Part shown: positions 51,740-60,626 of the stretch, piece by piece
Numbering within the stretch: the first letter of the stretch is position 1
Layout: each line of letters opens with the position of its first letter
Assembly (NCBI GenBank): GCA_966250335.1
Contig: CBINGZ010000009.1
Location: 54,120 to 118,119 of the forward strand
Source of the DNA: an uncultured bacterium
Lineage (GTDB): Bacteria > Bacteroidota > Ignavibacteria > OLB7
Length of the DNA stretch: 64,000 nt
Direction: 5' to 3'
Position numbers and translations under genes: made by a program
Notes under the pieces: model-generated
Told to the model about the DNA's origin: nothing
Databases searched by the model: none
Seen by the model: only the letters and a program-made list of their open reading frames with translations

Positions 51740-54235
51740 TTACTGCGAGCCGCCCCCACCGCCGCCGCCTCCCTTCGTCTCCGACTTCTCCTGCCTGTGC
51801 GTCTCCATGCGCGGCGTGGTGCCGAAGGTATAGTTGAGGTAGAGGCCGACCCTGCGCGAGGTCCAGGTGCCGCTGGAGAGCGTGTAGAAATCGGGGGAGT
51901 CGTTGATGAACTCCCATCCCTGGAGGTTCAGGGGATCGCTCGCCTGGAGCGTCACGGTCAGCTTGTTGTCGAGCAGCCGCTGACGCAGCGAGACGTCCAT
52001 GTGGAAATGTCCCTTCCGCTTCGTTGCGCCGACCTTCGGCTGCTGGTTGAAGTAGTTGCTCAGGCTGAGGGTCATTCCCTCCCACAGGGTCGCCGTCACG
52101 AACCCGTTCCCCTGGTAGCCGACGCCGGAGCTGGGGAGGTCGCCCGGAATATCGCTTCCCCTGTTCACCTTGTTGTAGACCGAGCCGGAGAGACGGAGAT
52201 CGAGCCACGATAAGGGCTTCACGCCGACCGACATGCTCGTTCCGAGATTATAGGCGCCGTTGAAGTTCTCCGACCGTGAATAGGTCACACCGTTCACCAG
52301 CCGCTCGCTCCGTTCGATGTTCCCCCTGGTCGTGCCGTAGTAGGGGGTGACGGTCAGCGAGCTTCCCGATTCCCAGAACGCGCTGTAGCTCATCTCCATC
52401 GTCTGGGAGAACTCCGGTTCCAGATCGGGGTTGCCGGAGAACTCCGCGAAGTCTCCCCATTTGATCCTCGTCGGGTTCAGCGCGTCGATGTCGGGGAGCG
52501 CAATGCTCCGCCTGTAGGATAGCGTCAGGCTGTGGGCGTCGGTGAAGTTGTAGCCGATCGAGCCGCTGGGGAAGAGGTTCGTGTAGTCACGCGATATGAT
52601 CTCCGAACCCGAGGCATACTTGGCCGAGACGTTCGCCGCCTCCAGCCGCACTCCCGCCTGCAGGCTCAACTCCTTGATCGGCCTGTACGAAGCGTTGCCG
52701 TAGAGCGCATAGATCGTGTTCCGAGGGAGATAATGGTTCGTCTGCACCGTGTCCGGCACGAACTCTCCCGTCATCCTGTCTCTGTTGCTGACCGAGGTGT
52801 TGTTGTCGATCCAGTTGATCTCGTTCCTGGCCCCGAGCGAAAGCGTCAGTGTGTCGCTGATCGGATTTTCGTAATCGAGCGAGGTGATGAACGACGCGTT
52901 TCTGTTCTCGTTCGAATAGGTACGGCGGGAGCTTCTGAGGGAATCGAACGAATCGTCGGCCCGGAAATACTTGATGTCGTACGTGTTGCCGCCGTTGTAC
53001 GCGTGTTCGTTGTACGCGGCGTCGAAGCTGATCTTGTGGTCCTGACCGAAATCGTGTCGCAGAAGGATGGAGGCGCTGCTGAAGCCCCCCGATCCGCCGT
53101 CGGCGTCCGGTGTGGTCGTATCACGATAATATCCTATCCGCTGATCGGCCGCGTTGTAGAGAGAGTGGGCTCCGTACGACGTATAGTCGTTCATCCAGCG
53201 GTTGCTGTTGAACGAGAGGGAGACCAGATCCTTCTCGGTCAGCTTGTAGTCGACCTGCCCGTAGATATAGTAGGACTGGTTCTCGGACGCGGTCGTGCCC
53301 GTTCCCTGATCGCGCCGTTCATTCGTGTCGCGATAGTTTATGCGGATGCTCCTGTTCGTCCCCTCTCCCGGATCGTAGTTGTACCCTCCGCCGATCGATG
53401 CGTTCAGATCTCCGCCGTTGTAGAAGAGACCGCCGTTTGTTCTGGCCCCCACCCGTGTATCGACTCCCCCCGAGACGTTCCCGCCGAACATATCGCTCAT
53501 CGTCTTGACCGAGACGATATTGATGATCCCTCCCTGATTCTTCGCCTCGAACTGCGCCCCCGGGTTCGTTCGTATCTCGATATTCTTCACCATGCCGGAG
53601 GGGAGCGACTGGAGGAACTTGTTCCGCTGCTCGACCGGCATCGTCAGCGGGCGGCCGTTCATCATGATCGTCACGTTCTCCTCTCCGCGGAGCGACACCT
53701 TCCCCTCCTCGTCGACCTCCACCTGCGGGAGCTGTCCCAGAAGCTCGCTCACGTTGGTCGCCGTATAGGAGGGATTATCCTCCACATTATAGATCGTCTT
53801 ATCGGCCTTTACCACCACCTGCTGCCGCTCCGTCGTCACCTCCACTTCCTTCCCCTCGACCGCGCCCGGCTGCAGTTTGATCTCCCCGAGGCTCAGGTTC
53901 GGCTTCGCGGCCGTGACCGTCACCTTCTCCACCGTATGCTTCTCGTACCCCACGTAGACGACCTCCAGGGTCCAGCTCCTGCCGAGCGGGATCTGGTCGA
54001 TCGAGAAGGCTCCCTTCGCGTCGGTGAGATCCCCAAGGATCCTCGCCGTCGAATCGGCCGGGTCGCGGAGCTTCACGCTGGCCGAGACCATCGGCGACCC
54101 GGAAACGGCGTCCCTGACGGTGCCGGTGACGGTGCCGGTCGACTGGGCCAGCGCCACGATCGGCGCCAGGAAGAGGGCCATGAAGATGAGAACATCGGTC
54201 GACGGTCGGGTCGGAGGGTGTACGGGACGGCTCAT
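51740..54235 (-). CDS. Outer-membrane beta-barrel protein with N-terminal carboxypeptidase-regulatory-like domain (TonB-dependent-receptor-like)
   Basis: Signal peptide, then GTVTGTVRDAVSGSPMVSASVKL (CarboxypepD_reg-like) and a plug-like segment (VSELLGQLPQVEVDEEGKVSLRGEENVTIMMNGRP). A long region of alternating-residue Tyr/Gly/Asn/Ser-rich strands follows, ending ...LYLNYTFG plus a basic/poly-Gly tail. Confidence 0.8.
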   Translation of the reverse strand: MSRPVHPPTRPSTDVLIFMALFLAPIVALAQSTGTVTGTVRDAVSGSPMVSASVKLRDPADSTARILGDLTDAKGAFSIDQIPLGRSWTLEVVYVGYEKHTVEKVTVTAAKPNLSLGEIKLQPGAVEGKEVEVTTERQQVVVKADKTIYNVEDNPSYTATNVSELLGQLPQVEVDEEGKVSLRGEENVTIMMNGRPLTMPVEQRNKFLQSLPSGMVKNIEIRTNPGAQFEAKNQGGIINIVSVKTMSDMFGGNVSGGVDTRVGARTNGGLFYNGGDLNASIGGGYNYDPGEGTNRSIRINYRDTNERRDQGTGTTASENQSYYIYGQVDYKLTEKDLVSLSFNSNRWMNDYTSYGAHSLYNAADQRIGYYRDTTTPDADGGSGGFSSASILLRHDFGQDHKISFDAAYNEHAYNGGNTYDIKYFRADDSFDSLRSSRRTYSNENRNASFITSLDYENPISDTLTLSLGARNEINWIDNNTSVSNRDRMTGEFVPDTVQTNHYLPRNTIYALYGNASYRPIKELSLQAGVRLEAANVSAKYASGSEIISRDYTNLFPSGSIGYNFTDAHSLTLSYRRSIALPDIDALNPTRIKWGDFAEFSGNPDLEPEFSQTMEMSYSAFWESGSSLTVTPYYGTTRGNIERSERLVNGVTYSRSENFNGAYNLGTSMSVGVKPLSWLDLRLSGSVYNKVNRGSDIPGDLPSSGVGYQGNGFVTATLWEGMTLSLSNYFNQQPKVGATKRKGHFHMDVSLRQRLLDNKLTVTLQASDPLNLQGWEFINDSPDFYTLSSGTWTSRRVGLYLNYTFGTTPRMETHRQEKSETKGGGGGGGGSQ

Positions 54236-54345
54236 GGGGATTCGGGGAATAGGTTGTTGAAATCGATCCCCTGACGAACAAGGGAGAGAAGAGTTTCATC
54301 CGACTCGGTCGATGGAGGACAAGACGACAAATAGACGCACGCCCT

Positions 54346-54373
54346 CCGGCCGGGTTCCCTGCAACCCGGCCGG
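54346..54373 (-). terminator. Stem-loop terminator after the 2H/NUDIX gene
   Basis: Perfect 11-bp stem CCGGCCGGGTT / AACCCGGCCGG with a 6-nt loop, ~45 nt downstream of the stop at 54417. The minus-strand continuation is T-containing (gtctatttgtcgtcttgt). Confidence 0.6.
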
Positions 54374-54416
54374 TACATGGAATGAACCCTCGATTCGAAC
54401 CGGGCGAGCCGCCCGA

Positions 54417-55478
54417 TTATCGTTGTGTGATCCTGTCGTGGGGTGTTCTCCGCAGGGTCAGCGCCCCCGCCACGGCCCACTGCTGGCTTTCGTGACGGAG
54501 AAGGGAGATCGCGACGGAGGGGGGGATCCAGAGAAGCTCATGATCGGATTCGCCGATTCCCGACGGTTCCAGCGGCTCGGCCAGAAAGAAGGCGCATCGT
54601 TTGCGGTAGCGGGCGGGCTCGTCGAGCGGGTCGACAAGCTCGTCGCAGAGGCCGATCCTTTCGCCGAGCGCGATCATCAGACCGCATTCTTCAAGGGTTT
54701 CGCGGATCGCGGCATCTTCAGGCGTTTCCCCCGGTTCCTGGCCTCCGCCCGGCAGAGCGATTCCCTTCGGCGTCGAGACGACCGCCACTTCTCCCTGGGC
54801 GTTGAAGATCACGGCGTACCCTCCCGGCCGGAGGATGTAGTCGGAGCCCGGCGTCGACCGGCCGAATTCGAGGATCGGTGCCGGGGAGGAGATCTCCCCG
54901 TTGAGCGCCCCCAGCGGCCAGGAGGCGAGGAGTTCGGCGGCATCGGGTGTGCCGTGCAGCACCGAGAGCCGCGTGGCCCTGCCGACGATGCGGGTCGCCG
55001 ACCTGTGGCATTCGGCGACGACGGCCGACAGTTCTCCGGTCGTCAGTCCATGTCCGATCGTGCAGTGCGGCACCCATCGTCCGGGCGTGTAGTAGGCGAG
55101 CGGCTCGGTCGCCGCGTTCAGGAAGATGGGGTAGATCTCACGATGGAACGCCACCAGTTCCCCGGTCACGACGGGCGCCAGATAGACGACCCCGTCGGCG
55201 GTGGGGAAGATCCCGATGCCGGAGAAATCGAGTTCGAGAGAGGGACGGACCCGGCCGTTCATGGAGAGATATCGGGTCAGCCGCTCCACGTCGAGCTCCC
55301 GGCAGACGCCGAGCGAGAGGTGGGGAGGGGCGGCCCCGGCGTGCATGGGGCTGCCGAGTCCCATCGACGCAAGGCGGTTCCGGAGAGAGTCGATCTCCCG
55401 TTCCGAGTCCGGGTCGAGCTGAAGAACAAGAGCGTAGCGAAGAGTCTCCATAACCATAGTGTTCAGATTATTCAACAT
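54417..55478 (-). CDS. Fusion protein: 2H phosphoesterase (LigT/2'-5' RNA ligase-like) + NUDIX hydrolase
   Basis: The N-half has the two H-x-(S/T)-x motifs PHLSLG and PHCTIG at the expected spacing. The C-half has the Nudix box GGGQEPGETPEDAAIRETLEECG. Start is one of three nearby ATGs (55478/55457/55451). Confidence 0.75.
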   Translation of the reverse strand: MLNNLNTMVMETLRYALVLQLDPDSEREIDSLRNRLASMGLGSPMHAGAAPPHLSLGVCRELDVERLTRYLSMNGRVRPSLELDFSGIGIFPTADGVVYLAPVVTGELVAFHREIYPIFLNAATEPLAYYTPGRWVPHCTIGHGLTTGELSAVVAECHRSATRIVGRATRLSVLHGTPDAAELLASWPLGALNGEISSPAPILEFGRSTPGSDYILRPGGYAVIFNAQGEVAVVSTPKGIALPGGGQEPGETPEDAAIRETLEECGLMIALGERIGLCDELVDPLDEPARYRKRCAFFLAEPLEPSGIGESDHELLWIPPSVAISLLRHESQQWAVAGALTLRRTPHDRITQR

Positions 55479-55663
55479 CTCACCCGGTCATCCGGTGCCC
55501 GGCGGGCGCTCTCTGCGGCGGGGGAGTATAAGAAGGTTGAGGGGATGGGACGTCGCGCGGTCGTCGAGAAATCTCCGTGAAATCGCCGCGACAGGAATGG
55601 AGACTTTCGTAGGTTGACGGCTTCATTTTCGATAGACCTGCTAGATATTATCGTTGGACACTC

Positions 55664-56678
55664 ATGAATCGCAGAGCCGTTCGGATCATTATTCCAATGC
55701 TTCTTCAGACCCTTGCCGTGACGGCATCCCGGGCGCAGGGAACCGTCACCCCCAGCCCGAATCTTGTCCGGCTGACCGAGTTGTGGAGGAAGGCCGGGGG
55801 ACCGGTTGAACGGTTCGGGGGAGGGATCGGCGGGCGGGTCGATGTGAACGGGGATGGATACGGCGATTTCTTCGGCGACGGTCGTCCGATGATCGGATTC
55901 GGAGGGTATCGGGAGGATATGAGCGACCCGAATCAGCCGCAGAGGTTCGACAGGTTCATGTTCCATGAGGTGAAATCGGGGGCGATTGCCGATATCGGCT
56001 ACGACACCACCGGCGATCTGCGCTGCGTCGTCGATGCATACGCGATAGATCTCGATCGCGAACCGGGGGATGAGCTTGCAATCGTGGAATCGTGCGAGGG
56101 TGAAGCATCCGCATCGCTTTTTATAAAGGGGGAAAGGAATTCTCCCTGAAGAATCCGACAGCGACATTTGTCGACGACAGACAGCTCTTCGTCTCGACGG
56201 GACATGTCGAATTCGGAGATATCGACGCCGACATCCGATTGTCCCTTCCGGACGCGTCGATCCCATCCCCCGGCGGGTATCTGAACGACCGGGAAAGGCG
56301 CTATGAGACCCTGCTCATGACCGGCAGCGCGCAGGGATTCTGGTTCAGCGGCGGCATCAACGGGGTCGACTCGCTCTACGATGCGGTCTACCCGGATGTC
56401 GATCAGGTATCGGAGGTCTTCGCGTTCAGGAGACCGATCGGAGATGTCAACGGTGACGGATGGGAGGATTTCGGAGCCGGCAACCCCGCCTTCTCGATCA
56501 CCGACGGGGGAGCGTCGTGCATGACCTGCTCGGTCGCACGGTCGCCGAGGGCCGGGTCGAGCCGTAGCGTGGGTCGGCCCTCTGGAAACCGGGGGAGATC
56601 GGGCCGGGCGCCTATATCGTATCGATATACGATGCCGACGGTCTGCCGGTGACCGCCGTGAGCGTCGTGAAGCAGTAG
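55664..56678 (+). pseudogene. Decayed FG-GAP/VCBS-repeat T9SS cargo gene (two frameshifts + in-frame TAG)
   Basis: Signal peptide and DVNGDGYGDF in frame 2 (55664-56149). The sequence continues sensibly in frame 1 from ~56104 (AFYKGGKEFSLKNPTATFVDDRQLFVSTGHVEFGDIDAD...GDVNGDGWEDFGAG). A T9SS-CTD-like end lies in frame 0 (VHDLLGRTVAEGRVEP*RGSALWKPGEIGPGAYIVSIYDADGLPVTAVSVVKQ*), interrupted by TAG. Confidence 0.6.
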
Positions 56679-56691
56679 CGGCGGGGCCGGG

Positions 56692-59600
56692 TCATGCGAC
56701 ACGTGCTGTCAGCCGTTCGGCCTCGGCCCGTCGGTTCATCGTTCTGAGAGCTTCCGCCAGAAGGTCGGCGAGCTCCTCGTCGCCGGGGAGCGCCGCGACT
56801 CCCGGGCGGAGCACCCGTTCGGCCCCGTCGGGATCGTCGCGCCGCAGCGCGAGCCGGGCCGTGTTCAGGGTCGTCGCCCGCAGGCGGTTCTCCAGATCCT
56901 CCCGCATCGCCTCGAAGAATCTGTCGTAGAGCCCCGGAAACGGCGTCCTGCCGTCGATGATCTCGAGCGCCTCGGTGATCGCGGGGACGGCTCGCGCCAG
57001 ATCTCCGTTGAAGAGATGTCGATCGGCCCGTCGTGCGAGAGCGTCGGCTTCCAGCAGGTCGATCCGGACACGCCCGGTGTTCAGACGAGGTGTATCGGAG
57101 TCGGTCAGCACCGCGTCGGCGCCCAGCGCCTCGCGCAGACGGAAGACCGTCAGATTCATCACCTTCCTCGGATGCTCCACCGTCCCCTCCTCTCCCGCGA
57201 TCAGTTCGATGAAGTCGTTGTGGGAGAGAGGATGCGTCATCATTCTGTCGGCCGTCATCAACCCCAGCAATGTCCGCATGCGGGCGCCGCGCAGCGGGTC
57301 GACCTCTCTTCCCGGACGAACGATTCCGATCGTGTCGAGCATCGAGACCTCGATCCGCGCGTCCGATTCCGTCGCGAGTCGCGCGCGCCGTTCCCGTTCC
57401 ATCGCCTCGGCGCGTGAGAGGAACGATCCGATCGAGGCGGCGTCGAGATACGTTCCGTACCGCTCGATCAGCAGCCTGATGTAGACGAAGAGGGAGCGTT
57501 CCGCCAGCCACTCCAGCCATCGCCGGAGCGCCGACCCGACGATCGGCGCGGCGCGTTCCGCCAGTTCGGTTCCGTACGACGATTCCCGGCAGCGTTCGAT
57601 CAGCGCGATGATCGCATGCAGATAGACCATGGTTGGCAGCCTCACGATATCCCGTTCGAAGAATTCCGCGAACGAACGGAGCGCCGTGTCGACCTCGGCG
57701 CGCTCCTCCAGCACGTCGATCATGGAGAGGAGCAGAGCGTGAAGCGGAGCCGGCAGATCGCCCCGCGATGCGTCGAGATCTTCCCGCATCCCCGATGCGT
57801 CGAGGGAGAGGACGTTCATCTGGAGCCGCTGGAGCGAGAACGCCTTCTGAAACTCCACGCCGGGGGAGAGGGGGCGGCTCGATATCTCCTTCAGCCATGC
57901 GGTCTCCCCCCGCATCAGTCCCACGGCGATAAGAGCGATGGAGACGATCATCGCCGTCTTCCCTTCGCGATGGACGAATCGATCGTGCAGCTCCCGGATA
58001 TCGGTCTCGACCCTGGTCAGATCCGGTTCGAAGCCGGAGAGGGCGATCGATCGCATCGAGAGGATGTTCAGCATGCCGTATCCGTTCGCCTCGAAACCTG
58101 CAAGCTGTCGGGCGAGCGCCGTTGCCACCTCCGCCGCGTCCTCCAGCCGTCCGGTGAATCCCAGAAATCGGCACCGCGCCACGGCCGTGGCCTCATGTTC
58201 GGGCCCGAGCTCCCGGATGAGCGCCCCGAGCTGCTCGCGGCGAAGCTCCATTTCCCCGCGGCTCTCATAAAGGTTGAGGAAGGATAATCGGAGCGCGTTG
58301 ATTTCCGTACGGTACCTGTCGAACCGCGATCGATCGGCCATGAACTCCATCAGACCCTGTTCGAGTCTCCGAGCGGCCGGGGGATCTCTCTGTATCGTAA
58401 TGAGTGCCATCATTTTGAGATAGAGAAGATATTCGCTCCCCGCTCTCAGTTCCGGGAACCTTGCCAGCATCGATTCGATGTCGCCGGCGATGAGGTCGGA
58501 GACGTTCACGACCGGTCCCATCCAGATACGGGAGTTGTACATCGCGAATCGATAGGATGCCATCTCCGCCGAGGTCGGATCGGCGGTGAGCCGGTCGAGG
58601 CGTTCGTACGTCGGCTGGTAGTCGGGATCGGTGAAGGATCGCCGGCGGGTGATGAGGTGAGCAAGGAGGAGTTCGGCTTCCATCAGGTCCCGATATTCGG
58701 GCCACAGATCGGGTCTGCCGTTGAGGATCGTCCCCGCCGCCTCTGCCTGGTCGACGGCGGATCGCCACCCCGGTCCCTCGTTCAGATGATGAGAGATCAC
58801 ACATATCCGATGGAACGCCAGGCGCAGATCCTCCGGGTCGGTCCCGTCCGATCGGATCATCTCGCCGACGTACTGGGTCGGGACAAGAGAATAGAGCGGC
58901 ATGTTCCGCGCCACGGCCCGCGCCAGACGGGGCCACGACGGCGGCCCTTCCGCCAGCAGCTCTCTATGGAGCAGGGTGTGGGTGAAGGAAAGAAGGAGCG
59001 AGCCGCTCGTCGGCGTGGGATAATCGCACCTCCTGTCGAACGGTCTCCCCGCCTCGATGAAGCCGACCAGCGGCATGACCGGTCGTTCCATCGTCGATAC
59101 GATCTGTTTGTCGATCAGCCGCGCGAGCATGGCGTCGGCATCCGGCAGCAGCATCTCCGCCGTCTCACGCGCAAAGACTTCACCAAGATGAGCGAGCGCC
59201 GCCGCCGCGTTCTTCTCCTCCGGCGTCAGATGTCCCATCAATCCCTTCGCGAACAAACTGACCTTCCGTCGCGCCACATGCGTGAAGAGGGGGTCCGCGA
59301 CGACGGCGCCGTGATCCCCGAGCGTAAGCGCGCCGGATTCCACGACCCCTCTGAGCGCGGAGCGGACGGCGAGGCTGTTGCCGCCGGTGGTCTCCAGGAG
59401 CCGTTCGATCAGATGACTATCGGCATCCGATCCGAATACACGGAGCCAGAGATCGGTCAGATCGGCGCGGCCCAGTCCCCTCAGATCGATCCGTTCGACC
59501 GTGAGATCCTCCAGCAGCGGCCCCATGTTCACTCCCGTCGGCCGGGCGGCACAGAGTATCGCAATAGGATCGTCCGCGATCGAGCGGACCAGGTTTTCCA

Positions 59601-60027
59601 GCAGGCGCCTCCCTTCGGCTTCCAGAAGATGGAGATCCTCGAGAACCAGGAGCGTCCTTCGCAGGCGGCTCAGGCGGCGCAGCTCCTCCGTGACGGCGGT
59701 CGGGCCTCTCCCGGGCTTCCGCGCGGGGAGGCGTCTCCGGATCTCCGATGTCGTCACGGCGCGTCCTATCAGCTCCACGATATCGGTGGAGGAGTGGGGA
59801 TAGAGCTTGGCGTGAACCACCGCGCCCCCCGCCCGTTCGATCGCCGGGAGCGTCTCCTGCAGCAGTCGGCTCTTCCCGACGCCCGCCTCCCCGGTCATCA
59901 GCCCCAGGTATGCGCCGTCCGCATAGCGGGAGCGGTCCCAGAACGCCGTCAGCCGTGAACATTCCTCAAGCCGCCCGACGAACGGGAGGGGGGCGTTCAG
60001 ATCGTATATCTGTCGTGGATGATTCAT
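56692..60027 (-). CDS. Large P-loop NTPase - helical region - C-terminal SARP (winged helix + BTAD) regulator, copy 2
   Basis: MNHPRQIYDLNAPLPFVGR..., Walker A GEAGVGKSRLL, Walker B RRTLLVLEDLHLLE. C-terminal IEVSMLDTIGIVRPGREVDPLRGARMRTLLGLM...VFRLREALG...RVRIDL (wHTH) and ...IIDGRTPFPGLYDRFFEAMREDLE...EELADLLAEALRTMNRRAEAERL (BTAD-like). Colinear with copy 1. ATG 60027 preferred over TTG 60039. Confidence 0.8.
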   Translation of the reverse strand: MNHPRQIYDLNAPLPFVGRLEECSRLTAFWDRSRYADGAYLGLMTGEAGVGKSRLLQETLPAIERAGGAVVHAKLYPHSSTDIVELIGRAVTTSEIRRRLPARKPGRGPTAVTEELRRLSRLRRTLLVLEDLHLLEAEGRRLLENLVRSIADDPIAILCAARPTGVNMGPLLEDLTVERIDLRGLGRADLTDLWLRVFGSDADSHLIERLLETTGGNSLAVRSALRGVVESGALTLGDHGAVVADPLFTHVARRKVSLFAKGLMGHLTPEEKNAAAALAHLGEVFARETAEMLLPDADAMLARLIDKQIVSTMERPVMPLVGFIEAGRPFDRRCDYPTPTSGSLLLSFTHTLLHRELLAEGPPSWPRLARAVARNMPLYSLVPTQYVGEMIRSDGTDPEDLRLAFHRICVISHHLNEGPGWRSAVDQAEAAGTILNGRPDLWPEYRDLMEAELLLAHLITRRRSFTDPDYQPTYERLDRLTADPTSAEMASYRFAMYNSRIWMGPVVNVSDLIAGDIESMLARFPELRAGSEYLLYLKMMALITIQRDPPAARRLEQGLMEFMADRSRFDRYRTEINALRLSFLNLYESRGEMELRREQLGALIRELGPEHEATAVARCRFLGFTGRLEDAAEVATALARQLAGFEANGYGMLNILSMRSIALSGFEPDLTRVETDIRELHDRFVHREGKTAMIVSIALIAVGLMRGETAWLKEISSRPLSPGVEFQKAFSLQRLQMNVLSLDASGMREDLDASRGDLPAPLHALLLSMIDVLEERAEVDTALRSFAEFFERDIVRLPTMVYLHAIIALIERCRESSYGTELAERAAPIVGSALRRWLEWLAERSLFVYIRLLIERYGTYLDAASIGSFLSRAEAMERERRARLATESDARIEVSMLDTIGIVRPGREVDPLRGARMRTLLGLMTADRMMTHPLSHNDFIELIAGEEGTVEHPRKVMNLTVFRLREALGADAVLTDSDTPRLNTGRVRIDLLEADALARRADRHLFNGDLARAVPAITEALEIIDGRTPFPGLYDRFFEAMREDLENRLRATTLNTARLALRRDDPDGAERVLRPGVAALPGDEELADLLAEALRTMNRRAEAERLTARVA

Positions 60028-60564
60028 GACGATTCGCAATCGATGTCTCTCTTAAGATCGAAACAGGATGGTCGGTATGAAACCGTGTTCCTCTCCGATC
60101 GAAACCGCTCCGCGATACATTGAAGCGGTATGCCTGCTCGGTTCCGGCGTCGACATCCGGGATGCAACAGTCGTGCCGTCTCCGTGCGCCGGTTGGCGCA
60201 TGAAAGTACCTATAAGGACAGGAATCCGGGAGAGATCCTTACCGGCCGTCGTTTCCGGGCTCGACCCGATATTCGCTTCGGACAGTGCCGGACCGTGAGA
60301 GGGTGTGTATGGGGGGAGAAGGGGATGAAGTCTACGGAGTGCGGAAATGGTGGTTCGGAGTTGTCGGCAGGCCGTCGAGCTACCGTGTTTGGTGGATGAT
60401 AGATCGGATCTCCGGACTACTCCGGCACGACGATTGAGGTGAACAGGGGACGACCGGTTCTGCACTCTCCGGTCGCCCTGACCCGGGCGCCCCCGTCTGC
60501 ACCCTTCGGGGGCGCCTTTTCTACTCCACGACCGGAGCCGTTCGTTGTAGAGTCTAGAGTTTCT

Positions 60565-60592
60565 GCCGCGGATCGCGACGACGATCCGCGGC
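60565..60592 (-). terminator. Candidate stem-loop terminator after the 587-aa T9SS cargo gene
   Basis: Perfect 11-bp stem GCCGCGGATCG / CGATCCGCGGC with a 6-nt loop, 35 nt downstream of the stop at 60627. No U-tract follows on the minus strand, hence low confidence. Confidence 0.4.
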
Positions 60593-60626
60593 TCGGCTGC
60601 GGCAGGGGAGATCCCTTCGCCCGGTT

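Noticed and set aside
16360-59958. Family of long antisense or off-frame ORFs in the track (e.g. 16360-18087, 20501-21676, 23338-24879, 25019-26185, 26691-28268, 28988-30331, 30461-31480, 31547-33208, 39122-40900, 42681-44309, 44502-45731, 45746-47404, 48768-50969, 52532-54274, 54312-55580, 56612-58174, 58657-59958)
   Set aside because: Each overlaps a motif-bearing gene on the other strand or frame. Each translates to Arg/Gly/Pro/His-rich low-information sequence. These are high-GC stop-codon depletion artefacts.
33828-60027. Reading the two large P-loop proteins as Avs/NLR-like antiphage STAND sensors
   Set aside because: They lack any nuclease, protease, TIR, SIR2 or other effector domain. 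They end in a DNA-binding SARP module, which points to transcription regulators rather than abortive-infection effectors.
60052-60465. 137-aa ORF in the 590-bp spacer upstream of regulator copy 2
   Set aside because: Ser/Arg/Pro/Thr-rich with no motif or start context. The spacer is more likely a promoter/leader, though it remains unexplained.
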